IMG/VR virus record: IMGVR_UViG_3300035698_019443
Span: 32,001 to 96,000 of that record
Reading direction: 5' to 3' (one strand)
Origin: a virus
Length of the DNA stretch: 64,000 nt
A program made the position numbers and the translations under genes. The first letter of the stretch is position 1. Each line of letters begins with the position of its first letter. The notes beneath the pieces were generated by a model. It searched no databases, had not been told where the DNA came from, and saw nothing but the letters and a program-made list of their open reading frames with translations. Positions 16,339 through 26,749 of the stretch are shown piece by piece.

Positions 16339-17805
16339 TCAGATCCCAGTAGGGGTCGTTGCCCCGTCAAGAAGGTCTACAATCGCCACATCAGTCATCA
16401 TCAACAATGTCTTTAGTGCCCCAGTAGTCGGATAGGTACGAGCAGCGACCGCACCCCAAAGGAGCCAGCGGGAGACGCCGAGGTATCCCCCAAGTAAAGG
16501 CTCCATCACAACTACCGGCATGAGACGCTCTTTCGAGTCATATAGGCTCGCCCTGCCTGCCGTTTTGTAGGCCACACTGCTACTGATGCGGTAATACGCC
16601 CCATCCTTTGCGCTTTCAAAGTCACCCCCTACGTCGACCCACACCCGCACCCATTCATTGGCAACAGCGGCAAGAAGGGTATCGGTCATAAGAGCGTCAG
16701 AGTTGTGACAGAGCACGAGAGGGTGAAGATCTCCTACTGCCGTATCAGACATATCATCCAACCACATGGACTGGCTCAACGTGTTTGTCGCATAATACTC
16801 CTGGGCGAAGAAACCGTACTCGCCTGCGGCACTGGGAGTATCATCGGCAGCAAACTGGCATATCGTGGGGACAGTTCCTGCTACCCCCATGGCTTGCGGA
16901 GCCGCATGTGTCCCCTTATCAGACAACGCTTGCTCATCTGTAGCTGTTGGGGCCAGCTTGAAAGTCGGTGATCCTCCTGTATACCCTACGGCTTTCGAGT
17001 AACCAGCAAACCAATAACCGTCATATGTCGCACTATCGTTGATTGCTCGGTTAAATAATATCTCCCGCGTACCGCTGGGATCTTGAATGCGGAACCAGCA
17101 AGAGTCTGCACCAAGCGGGAGACCGAAGGGCGTCGGTGCTCCCCCAAAGAAGTTGTTCTGTCCTGCCTTCTCGCTCGTGAAATGGTCGCCGTGGACCTGA
17201 TAGCAAACAATTGCAATCGTCCCGTCCACAGTCGCATCGGTGATGTCCTCGTTGAGCACGATGTCTGTTGGACCGGAGCCGGTAGTCGATGCGACAGTGT
17301 ACGTCCCATCGTTCCCCGTCGACCCTGCAATGACAACGGGATCGCCCGCACTCAGCCCCGAAGCGTCCTCTGCCACCGTGATGGTTTCGGTCCCTACAGC
17401 GACCCCAGTAATCGAGAACGGGGAGGAACCAGTCTCGGTGGCTCCCCCCGAGGCGATCTCGACCTGGACTGTATCTGCGTCAATGACTGCTGTGATCTCG
17501 GCATTGATCACGTTATTGAGGGCTGTTGGCATCCCGAAGTTTGTAAGATACTGCCCTACCATCGCTGCTGTGAACAACCCGCTTCCTGGTAGTTCGACCT
17601 GCATATGCGTTGCGTCGGGTGTGTCTTTTGTGATGTCGATAGCTCCCCCATCAGTCACCCGGTAAGGCGTCGAATCGCCCGCAGAGTCCTCCCCGCTACC
17701 GCTATCGAGTACCTTCCAGCCGGCAGCTTTGAGGATCTCTTTCAAGTAGTAAAAAAAGGAGTGAGACCCTAGTCCCGCTCGGTTCAGATCTCTTTGAATT
17801 GTCAT
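16339..17805 (-). CDS. beta-rich virion spike/structural protein with an extra inserted domain
   Basis: paralog of 14808..16028 with a longer variable insertion. Confidence 0.7.
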   Translation of the reverse strand: MTIQRDLNRAGLGSHSFFYYLKEILKAAGWKVLDSGSGEDSAGDSTPYRVTDGGAIDITKDTPDATHMQVELPGSGLFTAAMVGQYLTNFGMPTALNNVINAEITAVIDADTVQVEIASGGATETGSSPFSITGVAVGTETITVAEDASGLSAGDPVVIAGSTGNDGTYTVASTTGSGPTDIVLNEDITDATVDGTIAIVCYQVHGDHFTSEKAGQNNFFGGAPTPFGLPLGADSCWFRIQDPSGTREILFNRAINDSATYDGYWFAGYSKAVGYTGGSPTFKLAPTATDEQALSDKGTHAAPQAMGVAGTVPTICQFAADDTPSAAGEYGFFAQEYYATNTLSQSMWLDDMSDTAVGDLHPLVLCHNSDALMTDTLLAAVANEWVRVWVDVGGDFESAKDGAYYRISSSVAYKTAGRASLYDSKERLMPVVVMEPLLGGYLGVSRWLLWGAVAARTYPTTGALKTLLMMTDVAIVDLLDGATTPTGI

Positions 17806-20800
17806 TACACCACCTCCACATACAGGCCAGCGAATCCAAGGTTGAGCGTGTCCCCGACTGTCCCGCCTGTAAGGGACACCGAAACTTCATACATGCGAGC
17901 TGCCGCTGCCAGCGTGCCCGCCGCAGGCCCCCCTGTCAGCGTGAGGGCGCTCGTCTCCTTGTACACCTGGCCAGCAACCGCCGACTCAAGCAGGAACCCT
18001 GCCCCGCTAGTGATGCGTGTGGGCGCGGCAGCGGCGGCAGTAGTGCCGATGTCGTCAATATGCACCGACGCTGTTCCTGCTGCGGCAAAGACCGCATTCA
18101 TCATGCAGCGGAACTTCACCTGCCCGCCAGTTGGCACCTTCGAGGCGTCGAACATGAATTGGCCGACAACGATCTCTGGTCCTGCCCCTGTCACGACGTA
18201 GTCATAGCGTCCAGTCTCGATGGAGGTGTAGACCCCCGTTGACGTGCCACCACCTGTGACCGTATCAGCCCAAACATCAGGGCCAGTGGACACAAGATAC
18301 ATCCACCCGGATTTGCCTGTTGCTGTATTCGTCCCGTCGTCGAGGTAACACGCCCCGACAGCCTCTCCAGTGGGAGCTGCGGCTGCCGGAAGCGACACAG
18401 TGAGACTGCCGCCGACGCGGAGAATCTTGTTGTCGAACTCGCCGTAGATCAGAGGGGTAGCAGTGTCGGTGTTCGCGATGAACAACTTGTTCGAGCCGGT
18501 CGTCTCCAGCCCACCTGCGTTGTAGCCGAGAAGGACATTCAGCGTGCCGGTTGTAAGCTCGTCACCAGCCAGTGCCCCGACCGCTGTGTTGAATCCTACC
18601 GAGGTAGTAACTTTCTCCAGGCACTGGAAACCAATCGCGACATTGCTATCACTGGCTCCCGACGCAGAAAAGGCAGTCATGCCCACAATAGTATTTCTCT
18701 GCCCGTCATTTCGATAGCTGGCCAACGCACCAATGCAGACACTATCGTCGCTATTGATGAGACCATCTCCCGCACGCTCGCCAATACAAACATTGTCGTC
18801 GCCATAGAGCTTAGTGGCTGCTTGGTGGCCTATGGCTACGTTCCGTTGGCCGCTGGAAATAGCGTAGCCGGCTCGATAGCCTATTAGTGTATTCTCATCC
18901 CCGAAAGTTGCACCTTCGCCTGCCTGTGAACCAATGGCAGTGCATTTATCCGCACTAGTAGCAGCCACCATGGCTTGGTAGCCAATAGCAACTGTGTCAT
19001 TGACCGTAAGAGCTTCGCCGGCACGGTAGCCCACAGCGACACAATTGGTAGCTCCAGTTGTCGCATTCTTCATAGCGTCGATGCCAACAGCTACCGTGAA
19101 AGAAGCTAGCGCCGATAGAGACCCGTCGCCGATGGCGATGGTTGAATCACCTCCAGCCGCACTGCCCGTCATCCCGTACCGCCACATCGACTGCTTCCAC
19201 AAATACGTGTAAGCACCCGAAATGGCTATCCAACGAGTAGTGCCCGCGTCGGCAGTAGCGAGGACGTGGGTTGCGTCGTCCGCGTAGGTGCCGACAACGA
19301 CAGCCTCGTAACGGTACATCGACTCGGTCTCGACGCAGTACATCAGGTCGTTATCGGTACCCGTTGCGAGACGAGCCGCAGCAACCGTCGTGTAAGTCGT
19401 CAGACCGCCGCCGCCACCGCCCGCTGCGGCCCAGGAGATGTCGGTCCCGTCAGAGGTCAAGACGTAGGTTGCCGTCCCCGCCGCCAGCCGCGTCGTCGCG
19501 TTCGCGGCGTTTCGGATAATGAGGTCTCCCCTAGTCGTCATCGGGTCGGCGAAGCCCGTGCCGAGCTGCACGGGAGTTCCCGCATCATCAACAAACCACA
19601 GCGTGGTGGGAGCACTGTTGTCGACATAGAGCAGGCCAGTTCCGCCAGCCGCCGAGGGGTCAAAGGGCGCTGCTGCCTGCTCGTCGAGCACCAGGCCCGT
19701 TGGGTCGATCAAGCCAGTGACGGTGAGCTTGCCCTCGATGCGAGCGTCTCCTACGACACGCAGCGTCTCGGCCCCGGCAACCGCTGCCGCGCCCACGACG
19801 AACTTGTCCCCTGTCGCGACGTAGACCACGCCGGTCGTCCCGTCAGAGGTCGAGGCGAGGCGTAGGGTGTCGGATGCGTCCGTCCCACCGTAGAGCACCT
19901 GGCCCCCGCTACGGCCCACGAGCCATGCGGCCCCAGGGTGATCGTCGTCGAGCAGCCCAGCGAGGCTACCGTGGTCGCTCGCGACCCCTGCACTTGCCCG
20001 TGTGACAGACCGGAAGTCGACGTAGTTTGCACCCTCATCAGTAGTGACCACGCGAGCCTGCACCACGTTGCCGTAGCCGTCCGAGGTCTGATAGATCACC
20101 GAGCCGAGGGGTGTGATCTCGGCGAAGGGCAGCCCCGCAGTGACCAGCGAGTTGATCTCAGTGGTCGCACCTTCTCTGGCTTTCCGCTTATTGCTGTATT
20201 CGACCTGTCCCTGGATGGCGATGATGGGCTCGTCGAGGTCGTTCGTGGCGAAAATGTGAACGAGAACGAAATCGTTATTCGTGACCTGGGTCTGCTGCCA
20301 TGCCCCGCCAGTCAGCTCATTCCATGCGAGTCGGTCGGACGCGCCGAAACGCTTGCAGGCGTAGACTGAGGCGGTGTCCTTGTTCCAGTCGGACGCGCCC
20401 GACAGATAGTAGATCGGGGCCGTGAGCTGGGGTGTGAGATCCTGGGGCGATCCATCGGTGAAGCGTAGGTAGATGTCCTCGTCCGCGATCGCGACCGTGC
20501 CGCAGTCGAACTGCGCCGAGGCGTTGACGCCGCCGTCGCCATCGGCTGAGAAGCTGCCGAGCGCACCACCTGAAACCCACTGAGTGCCGAATGCCGCATG
20601 GAGGTATTCATGCGTGATCCCGTCCATGATCGTGCCATGGCGTTCTTCCGCGAAGTAGATCTGGACGGCGGCTGAGACGTCCCAGTAGACGATGGCACAG
20701 ATCGCGTTGTCCCGCAGAATAGTAGTGGACCACGTCTGCGTGGCCTGGAGTACCTCGGAGCTGTCGAGGTAGAAATACCAGAGCCCCTCGGTGTTAGTGA

Positions 20801-21428
20801 TCGCCTTGGTCTTGGCGGCGACGGAGTATTTTACCCCTGAGATCCAGTAATCGAAGGTCGCGCCGGTCGGAGCAACTGTGAGCGTCAACGTCCCGTCGTC
20901 GAAAGCGAGCGTCGATGTTGTGCGGCTGTCAAAACCCGTGGGTTCCGCCAGGGCTGCGAAGGAGGCGCTCGGCGCGGCCAGCCACGCGAGGTCAGACCCG
21001 TCCGAACCCAATACCTCGCCAGACGCACCCAGGCCGAACCGGGCTGTAGCGTTCGCGGCATCGCGAATAATGAGGTCGCCTCGTGTAGTCATCGGGTCGG
21101 CAAACCCCGACGACTCTGCGGCCCAGACGATGTCAGACCCGTCTGAGGCGAGTACCTGCCCGATAGTACCGATGCCGAGACGAGCGAGGACGTTCGCAGC
21201 ATCGCGGACGATAATGTCCCCACGGGTCGTCATCGGGTCGATAAGCGCCGCCACCCAAGCGATGTCTGTACCGTCCGAACCCAGTACCTCGTCGGCGGCT
21301 CCGATCCCGAGGCGAGCTGTCACATTCGACGCATCTCGGATAATGACGTCGCCGCGAGTGGTCATGGGGTCAGAGAAGCCGCCGCCGCCACCCTTGGGAG
21401 AAGTAGAGCCGAAAAGACTACCAGACAT
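17805..21428 (-). CDS. long fibre/adhesin protein with DPMTTRGD repeats and YadA-head-like repeats
   Basis: DPMTTRGD(V/I/L)I(I/V)R x4; many N(T/V)A(I/V)G..A ~14-aa repeats; Gly/Thr/Ala-rich; start MSGSLFG at 21428. Confidence 0.8.
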   Translation of the reverse strand: MSGSLFGSTSPKGGGGGFSDPMTTRGDVIIRDASNVTARLGIGAADEVLGSDGTDIAWVAALIDPMTTRGDIIVRDAANVLARLGIGTIGQVLASDGSDIVWAAESSGFADPMTTRGDLIIRDAANATARFGLGASGEVLGSDGSDLAWLAAPSASFAALAEPTGFDSRTTSTLAFDDGTLTLTVAPTGATFDYWISGVKYSVAAKTKAITNTEGLWYFYLDSSEVLQATQTWSTTILRDNAICAIVYWDVSAAVQIYFAEERHGTIMDGITHEYLHAAFGTQWVSGGALGSFSADGDGGVNASAQFDCGTVAIADEDIYLRFTDGSPQDLTPQLTAPIYYLSGASDWNKDTASVYACKRFGASDRLAWNELTGGAWQQTQVTNNDFVLVHIFATNDLDEPIIAIQGQVEYSNKRKAREGATTEINSLVTAGLPFAEITPLGSVIYQTSDGYGNVVQARVVTTDEGANYVDFRSVTRASAGVASDHGSLAGLLDDDHPGAAWLVGRSGGQVLYGGTDASDTLRLASTSDGTTGVVYVATGDKFVVGAAAVAGAETLRVVGDARIEGKLTVTGLIDPTGLVLDEQAAAPFDPSAAGGTGLLYVDNSAPTTLWFVDDAGTPVQLGTGFADPMTTRGDLIIRNAANATTRLAAGTATYVLTSDGTDISWAAAGGGGGGLTTYTTVAAARLATGTDNDLMYCVETESMYRYEAVVVGTYADDATHVLATADAGTTRWIAISGAYTYLWKQSMWRYGMTGSAAGGDSTIAIGDGSLSALASFTVAVGIDAMKNATTGATNCVAVGYRAGEALTVNDTVAIGYQAMVAATSADKCTAIGSQAGEGATFGDENTLIGYRAGYAISSGQRNVAIGHQAATKLYGDDNVCIGERAGDGLINSDDSVCIGALASYRNDGQRNTIVGMTAFSASGASDSNVAIGFQCLEKVTTSVGFNTAVGALAGDELTTGTLNVLLGYNAGGLETTGSNKLFIANTDTATPLIYGEFDNKILRVGGSLTVSLPAAAAPTGEAVGACYLDDGTNTATGKSGWMYLVSTGPDVWADTVTGGGTSTGVYTSIETGRYDYVVTGAGPEIVVGQFMFDASKVPTGGQVKFRCMMNAVFAAAGTASVHIDDIGTTAAAAAPTRITSGAGFLLESAVAGQVYKETSALTLTGGPAAGTLAAAARMYEVSVSLTGGTVGDTLNLGFAGLYVEVV

Positions 21429-21429
21429 A

Positions 21430-21915
21430 TCAGCCCTCCACGCAAGAGACAGCGACGTAGCCGTCAACAGAGTCGGTGTCTTTCCTAAACGACAGATAGA
21501 CGAAGGTTTTCGGGATGTACTCGTAGGTCGATCCACCCTTGAGGTGCGTCGAGCCATTGCCGACTAGGTTCCCTACATTGGCGCTTCCCCCCGCCGTCGC
21601 TCGGGCGTTGAACCACGCATCGACACTGGGGGTAATGTGGAAGGTTCGATCAGAGGGGTTTAGCGGTCCAAGCTCCTGGCTTGCGGCGAGTAGGGTCATA
21701 CGCCATCCACGGGAGGAAGGGATAAGGTCAATCTGCCGGAATGGATTGATCGTAGTGTCGTCCCCAGCTACGCCACTGATAAGAAACGTCCCGCTAGGCG
21801 TCCCCGAGACGACCTCGATGTATCCATTGTCGTCGGTACGGATCATCCGTCCTTGTCTGTGCGTGACCTGGCGTGCAGTAGACCCTATGATCGTCGCTAT
21901 CGTGCTGTCGCTCAT
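21430..21915 (-). CDS. hypothetical structural protein
   Basis: 161 aa, beta-rich, TAGAAT box 6 nt upstream. Confidence 0.6.
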   Translation of the reverse strand: MSDSTIATIIGSTARQVTHRQGRMIRTDDNGYIEVVSGTPSGTFLISGVAGDDTTINPFRQIDLIPSSRGWRMTLLAASQELGPLNPSDRTFHITPSVDAWFNARATAGGSANVGNLVGNGSTHLKGGSTYEYIPKTFVYLSFRKDTDSVDGYVAVSCVEG

Positions 21916-21946
21916 ACACCCATTCTACTGGGCGCGGCGTGACTAT

Positions 21947-22906
21947 TCAACGCAGGGCGGAGAGGAGAGGAGAGCGGGAGAGCGCGGCATCCCAGGACCA
22001 GTGGTCGCGCACGGAGGGGGCGAAGTTCTCGGCCTTCCGGTGGAGCTCCTCTTCGTTGGCTCGATAGAAGTCCAACGCGGAGTCGAGATCGGACAGGTCG
22101 TCGGCCACACGCACGAGCCCGCCGTCGATCGTGTCCGCCCACTCGGCGTGGCCTGTCGAGGTCGTTGCGACGACTGGCGTGCCGCAGGCGAGCGCCTCGA
22201 GAGGCATCATTCCGAAGCCCTCGGCGCGCGAGGGGGCAACGAGACAGTCGATCGTCTTATACAGAAGCGCCATGACAGAGGGGCGCCGGGATGGTCCGCC
22301 CATGTCGATCGGCACGCCGTGCTTTGACGCCAACACCGCGTCCGTGCCCTTGCGGTCGGAATTGACGGCAGACCGGAAGTGCCGGAAGTTGACAGAGCTC
22401 CGTAGCTTCGTCCAGGGATGAGCTCGTGGGGAGAAGGCGGCGCCGACGCCGTGCTGAACCACGCCGACGGCCCGGTCAAGGCCAGCGTCGAAGAAGGCGT
22501 CGCGGCAATGCGCGGAGGGCGTGAGGATGGCGTCAGCCCGCTCCATATCCGCGACCCATCGGGGGCTTACCCCATTGGCGTAGTCACAGACGTGGTAGCC
22601 CACGACGTGCTCATAGCGGGGCACAGCTCGGAGCCACTCGGGGAAGCCGAAGACGAGAGCGACGCCCCTCCGCCTGAGCTGCGAGTCCTCTCGTGACTTC
22701 GAGTACTGGAGCGCGGCGTTGCGCACTTCGATGTGTAGAGCCTGCGGAGCTCGCGGGATGCAACTCGGCAGGTCGCAGGGCTCGCCGCGCAGATTGACGA
22801 CTTGGAGATCGACCCCCTGGCGCACGAGCCACTGTGCGATCTCCCGGCACACTACCGGGTAGCTCGACCAGCCAGCGAAGTGCCCATAGAAAGTTACCTG
22901 TGACAC
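21947..22906 (-). CDS. glycosyltransferase family 4 (GT-B)
   Basis: PSRAEGFGMMPLEALACGTPVV (EX7E motif), ILTPS, RKG. Confidence 0.9.
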   Translation of the reverse strand: MSQVTFYGHFAGWSSYPVVCREIAQWLVRQGVDLQVVNLRGEPCDLPSCIPRAPQALHIEVRNAALQYSKSREDSQLRRRGVALVFGFPEWLRAVPRYEHVVGYHVCDYANGVSPRWVADMERADAILTPSAHCRDAFFDAGLDRAVGVVQHGVGAAFSPRAHPWTKLRSSVNFRHFRSAVNSDRKGTDAVLASKHGVPIDMGGPSRRPSVMALLYKTIDCLVAPSRAEGFGMMPLEALACGTPVVATTSTGHAEWADTIDGGLVRVADDLSDLDSALDFYRANEEELHRKAENFAPSVRDHWSWDAALSRSPLLSALR

Positions 22907-23844
22907 AATGCCTCCATTGCGAGCGTGACCCGTTGGGCCTCGTGAACGAAGCCCCACGCCCCCACGGCGTAGCTATGGAGGTCTGCCCCCATCTTCCGCA
23001 ACCCGTCTCGTCCGTTCTCGTTGAGCATCCTCGAAACAACACCTTGTACGGCGTGCTTTGTGATCGGCCCGATGACACCCTCGCCTTGGATCGCCTCGAT
23101 CTCGCGCCAGACCCCGCCGGTCCTCGTCGTGATAATCGGCACGCCGCACATCCCCGCCTCGAGCACGGGCACCGATGTAGGATGGTCCCCGTCATTCAGG
23201 CAAATGTAGGCGTCGAGCGAGCGGTACCACCCTCGCATCCCCTCGGCGTCGAGCAGCCCCTCGACCTCCCGACGCTGGAGCACGAGCTCTGCGTCGATCT
23301 CTGCGAACGCCGCCTGTATGATGTCGACGTTCTTGACCGAGCCCCAATTGAGATCCGAGCCCGCCCAGCCGACCCGCAGAGGTCCGCCGTGGTCGCTGTC
23401 GTAGGGGCAGGGGGACCAGAACTCCTGGTCGACCCTGTCGTGCGAATAGATAACGGGCACGCCGAGCTTGACTGCGTTTGGGATCATCGACTGGGTGTTG
23501 ATCACAACGGCGTCGAGCGTCTGCGGCCTGACTGAGACCCGCATGTCAACGCCCTCGTGGCGAATCTCGAGGCGAGCGTCGCGCATCGAAGCGAGGGTCA
23601 ACACCGCCCGTTTGCACAGGGGGAGGACGCCGCGGCGTACCGCATCGTAGTAGACGGGCAACGAACCGAAGCGGACGAGGTCAAAGGACCCCATTCGTTG
23701 CGGCGTGCATTCGTTCTGTAGGATGTTCAGTACCTCCCACCCGGCGTGCGTCGTCTCGCCGTAGTTCACGAGGCCCATTCCGTCGCGGTGGAGGCACCAC
23801 CAGTCGACGTCGGAGACGTAGCAGAACCTCAGTGCGCGTTCCAT
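22894..23844 (-). CDS. glycosyltransferase family 4-like (GT-B)
   Basis: VGWAGS...KN, YRSLDAYIC, PVLEAGMCGVPIITT..GG. Confidence 0.85.
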   Translation of the reverse strand: MERALRFCYVSDVDWWCLHRDGMGLVNYGETTHAGWEVLNILQNECTPQRMGSFDLVRFGSLPVYYDAVRRGVLPLCKRAVLTLASMRDARLEIRHEGVDMRVSVRPQTLDAVVINTQSMIPNAVKLGVPVIYSHDRVDQEFWSPCPYDSDHGGPLRVGWAGSDLNWGSVKNVDIIQAAFAEIDAELVLQRREVEGLLDAEGMRGWYRSLDAYICLNDGDHPTSVPVLEAGMCGVPIITTRTGGVWREIEAIQGEGVIGPITKHAVQGVVSRMLNENGRDGLRKMGADLHSYAVGAWGFVHEAQRVTLAMEALCHR

Positions 23845-25514
23845 GTCACCCCCCGGTTCGCGTCGAGCTCATCGAGAATCGCTCGGTTGCGCTCTCCCTG
23901 CGCGGCTTGCTCGGCGGTGTGCTCGTGTTGGTACTGGGCGACAATGAGCGGGTGGCTATCCGACCGCACCCCACCATGCGCATCGAGGCGTTGCAAGAAG
24001 TCAATGTCCTCTGAGCCCCAGCCCTCGAAGTGCTCCTCGTCATAGCCGCCGGCGTCAACGAGGTCGGAGACGGCGACGGCGACGCAGCCTGTGGCCGGGC
24101 GCTCATTGCCGATGAAGGGCACGAGGTACGTCCCTGGCCGAACGACGGTGGCTACGTGGTCGAGGTAGCCCGTGGGGATACAACAGTCGACGTCGAGGAA
24201 GAAGACGATATCGTAGTCGTCCTCGAGGGCGAAGCGCGCCCCGGCGTTGCGGCAGCGTGCGATCGAGAACTCCCCGCTCTCTGGCGGCGTCGTGCCAATA
24301 AAGGGCACGTCGAACTGTAGCGCGACGTCGTTGGCGGACTCGGCGAAGCCTGCGCGGGACCCCTGGTCGACGACGACCGCCGGGGCACCACCCAACGATT
24401 CGAGCGCCGCGCGCAGGTCGGTCGCGGAGCGATCGCGGAAGGGGATCACGGTGAGCACCCGAGGCTGCGGGCGGTAATCTGTCTTCTCCCGACGAAGGAG
24501 TGCTTTGATCACCGTCGAGAGCTCGCCCCCTACCGCCTCCGTCGTTCCTCGATAGGAGAGACACTTCCGTGCCCCGTCGAAGTGGCCCGAGGCGGCAGCG
24601 ACGCGAAGCGCAGAGCCCACGAGCTCGCCGTGCGTACCACTACGCCAATAGGGAACGTCGTACTCTCGCAGCCACCCGCCGATACGCTGCGGGGCGATAA
24701 TCGCGAGGTCTGCCGCGGCGGCGTCGAGCAGGTAGGGGTCGAGGTCCGAGCGCCCCGTCGTCGAGATATAGACATCAGCCCGATCAAAGATCTTCTGGAG
24801 CATGCCGTGGTGGAGGTCTTCGCCCAACCCGACAAGGGTAATTGAAGGAAGCTCGCCGGCGTCGTCAACGAGCATCGTCCGAGCGAGCGAGCGCGCGTCA
24901 TGGAAAGGGGCGTCAGGGCATACGAGAACGAGCTCGACGGGGCTCGTCGGGCCGAAGGTCTTCACGTACTCATCAACGAGGTGCGAGATGGTCCCCCCGC
25001 TATGCCATCGCCCGATGGCGACGAACTTCGTCGCACCGCGCTCGTGGGGCGTCGAGTAGTAGAGCTCGGGCTGCGCCGGCGGGGCGACGTAGGCCAGACG
25101 CTCGACGCCGGCAGCCGCAAGCACCTTGTATGCGCCCGGCGAGGGGACAATCACACCCTCAAAGTCGTTCAGCCCGTCGACGTACTTCTCTGGGATCGAG
25201 TTGAGGCCCCACTCGACGAGGGCGACGTTGCGTGCTCCCGCCTCCTCGGGCACTCGGATGTACCGACAGGCGTCCGCGACGGTCCCGATGAACAGAACGC
25301 TCTTGTCGCGCTCTGCCCAGGAGTCGCAGCGGAGGTGATGGTCCAGTATCGGGTGCCACGGCTCGGGGGTCGCCCCTCGCTCGACTGCCGCATTTGTCTT
25401 CGCCCGCCAGGTCAGGCGGTAGTCAACCTCCGCCTCGTGGAGCGCCGAGAGGTAACCCCACCCCATCCGAGTCCACCAACTGTCGCCGATCAAGTCGGCT
25501 GTCACAAAGAGCAT
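23829..25514 (-). CDS. GT-B plus GT-A (GT2/GT7-like) fusion glycosyltransferase
   Basis: N-terminal GT-B-like domain; C-terminal VIPFRDR, VVVDQGS, RNAGA, FLDVD, GGYDEEHFEGWGSEDIDF. Confidence 0.85.
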   Translation of the reverse strand: MLFVTADLIGDSWWTRMGWGYLSALHEAEVDYRLTWRAKTNAAVERGATPEPWHPILDHHLRCDSWAERDKSVLFIGTVADACRYIRVPEEAGARNVALVEWGLNSIPEKYVDGLNDFEGVIVPSPGAYKVLAAAGVERLAYVAPPAQPELYYSTPHERGATKFVAIGRWHSGGTISHLVDEYVKTFGPTSPVELVLVCPDAPFHDARSLARTMLVDDAGELPSITLVGLGEDLHHGMLQKIFDRADVYISTTGRSDLDPYLLDAAAADLAIIAPQRIGGWLREYDVPYWRSGTHGELVGSALRVAAASGHFDGARKCLSYRGTTEAVGGELSTVIKALLRREKTDYRPQPRVLTVIPFRDRSATDLRAALESLGGAPAVVVDQGSRAGFAESANDVALQFDVPFIGTTPPESGEFSIARCRNAGARFALEDDYDIVFFLDVDCCIPTGYLDHVATVVRPGTYLVPFIGNERPATGCVAVAVSDLVDAGGYDEEHFEGWGSEDIDFLQRLDAHGGVRSDSHPLIVAQYQHEHTAEQAAQGERNRAILDELDANRGVTWNAH

Positions 25515-25527
25515 GCTTGCCCCCTCC

Positions 25528-25944
25528 TCATACCTTGTGTACGACGTTCTCGTCGATCCTGAATGCCAGCCCACAGATCGTCTTCCCGATGGTCTGCGAG
25601 CAAGTGAGCGCCTCCTCGATGGTCACAACGACTGTTTGGACAACGGGTTCGCCATCGTGGGGGTGGGCAAAGGTCAGGGGCTCTCGACGGTCGACGTGGA
25701 CCGTCTTCTTCCCCCCACTGATATTGAGTTTCTCGCCGCACCTCGGACAGCAGATCTCGATGTCGTAGGGTATCTGCCCCCCCGAGCGCTCGTGCAGGTC
25801 AGCGGCGAGCAGGTCGGCGTCGATCACGAGCCCGTCGATCTCCCCCCCACGGCAGAAAAGGTAGACGGGCAGCCCATTGAATGTTGAGACCCCCCAACGT
25901 CCTCGCTGCCAGGCCTCCGCCGTCTTGCTATCTGGTTTCTTCAT
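25528..25944 (-). CDS. Zn-finger protein
   Basis: CCPRCG ... C..C motifs. Confidence 0.6.
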   Translation of the reverse strand: MKKPDSKTAEAWQRGRWGVSTFNGLPVYLFCRGGEIDGLVIDADLLAADLHERSGGQIPYDIEICCPRCGEKLNISGGKKTVHVDRREPLTFAHPHDGEPVVQTVVVTIEEALTCSQTIGKTICGLAFRIDENVVHKV

Positions 25945-26347
25945 CGTGACTCAACTCCTCGAGCGCCGCCGCCCGTGCCTTGTTTAGCTCTTTCATCGCC
26001 GCTTCACCTTCAGGGTGGCGATCTGGATGGAAGTCGCGAGCGAGCTCGCGGTACGCCTGGTTGACGCCCTCCTTCGTTGCGGTCTTGGGGTCAAGCCCTA
26101 GCAGCGTCCAGTGGTCACTCTGCTCCGCGACCTCCTCTGCTGTCTGATCCCAAGGGAGCTCCTCGTCCTCGTCGAAGAGGCCTTCGATACAGTCATCGCA
26201 GACGACTCGCTTCTTCGCGACGCTGAGCCAGGCATGGTTGGGTTGGGTGAACCTGCCACAGGCGGCACACCCGAAGGTCTGCTCGGCACCGCCGAGGACC
26301 GTCCCGAGCCCGCCGAGCAGTTGGTGGAGGAGGTCATCCATGGTCAT
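25928..26347 (-). CDS. J-domain (DnaJ-like) protein with N-terminal Zn finger
   Basis: CAAC..CDDC; LLGL...AYRELARDFHPDRHP...MKELNKA (HPD motif). Confidence 0.88.
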   Translation of the reverse strand: MTMDDLLHQLLGGLGTVLGGAEQTFGCAACGRFTQPNHAWLSVAKKRVVCDDCIEGLFDEDEELPWDQTAEEVAEQSDHWTLLGLDPKTATKEGVNQAYRELARDFHPDRHPEGEAAMKELNKARAAALEELSHDEETR

Positions 26348-26717
26348 CGGCCTCGAGGTCGAAGCGCGCTGTGTCCACTGCAGCCGTCGCCGCCGCCGTC
26401 TCCTCGAAGAGCGCGGTCACGATGGCGGCTAGGTGTTGCGAGGCAAGGACGCGGACGGAGCGAGCAGTGGAGAAGAGCGGCAGCGGGGCTAGGTCGAGAC
26501 GCCTCGCGACGAAGCCCCAAGTGCGGTCGGCTCGACGAGCCCACCCGAAGCGCCAGCCGCCATCGTCTTGCGCCTCGAGCCACGCCTCGACGCCGGGGTT
26601 CGTCGTCCGCACCCGCTCTTCGAAGCGTTCGATCTCCGCATTGAGCTCGTCTGTCGCCTGGTGCAGGTCGACCGCCCGCTTCCCCAGGCGCTCTATCATC
26701 ACATCGAGGTCATTCAT
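26334..26717 (-). CDS. hypothetical protein
   Basis: 127 aa, coiled N-terminus, TACTCT box 6 nt upstream. Confidence 0.6.
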   Translation of the reverse strand: MNDLDVMIERLGKRAVDLHQATDELNAEIERFEERVRTTNPGVEAWLEAQDDGGWRFGWARRADRTWGFVARRLDLAPLPLFSTARSVRVLASQHLAAIVTALFEETAAATAAVDTARFDLEADDHG

Positions 26718-26749
26718 GCACGGAGAGTACGACGGAAGCTATGGCAGGG

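Noticed and set aside
17805-21428. Fibre gene as evidence for a tailed phage
   Set aside because: No terminase, portal, tail tube, tape measure or baseplate gene was recognised, and such fibre repeats also occur in spikes of tailless viruses
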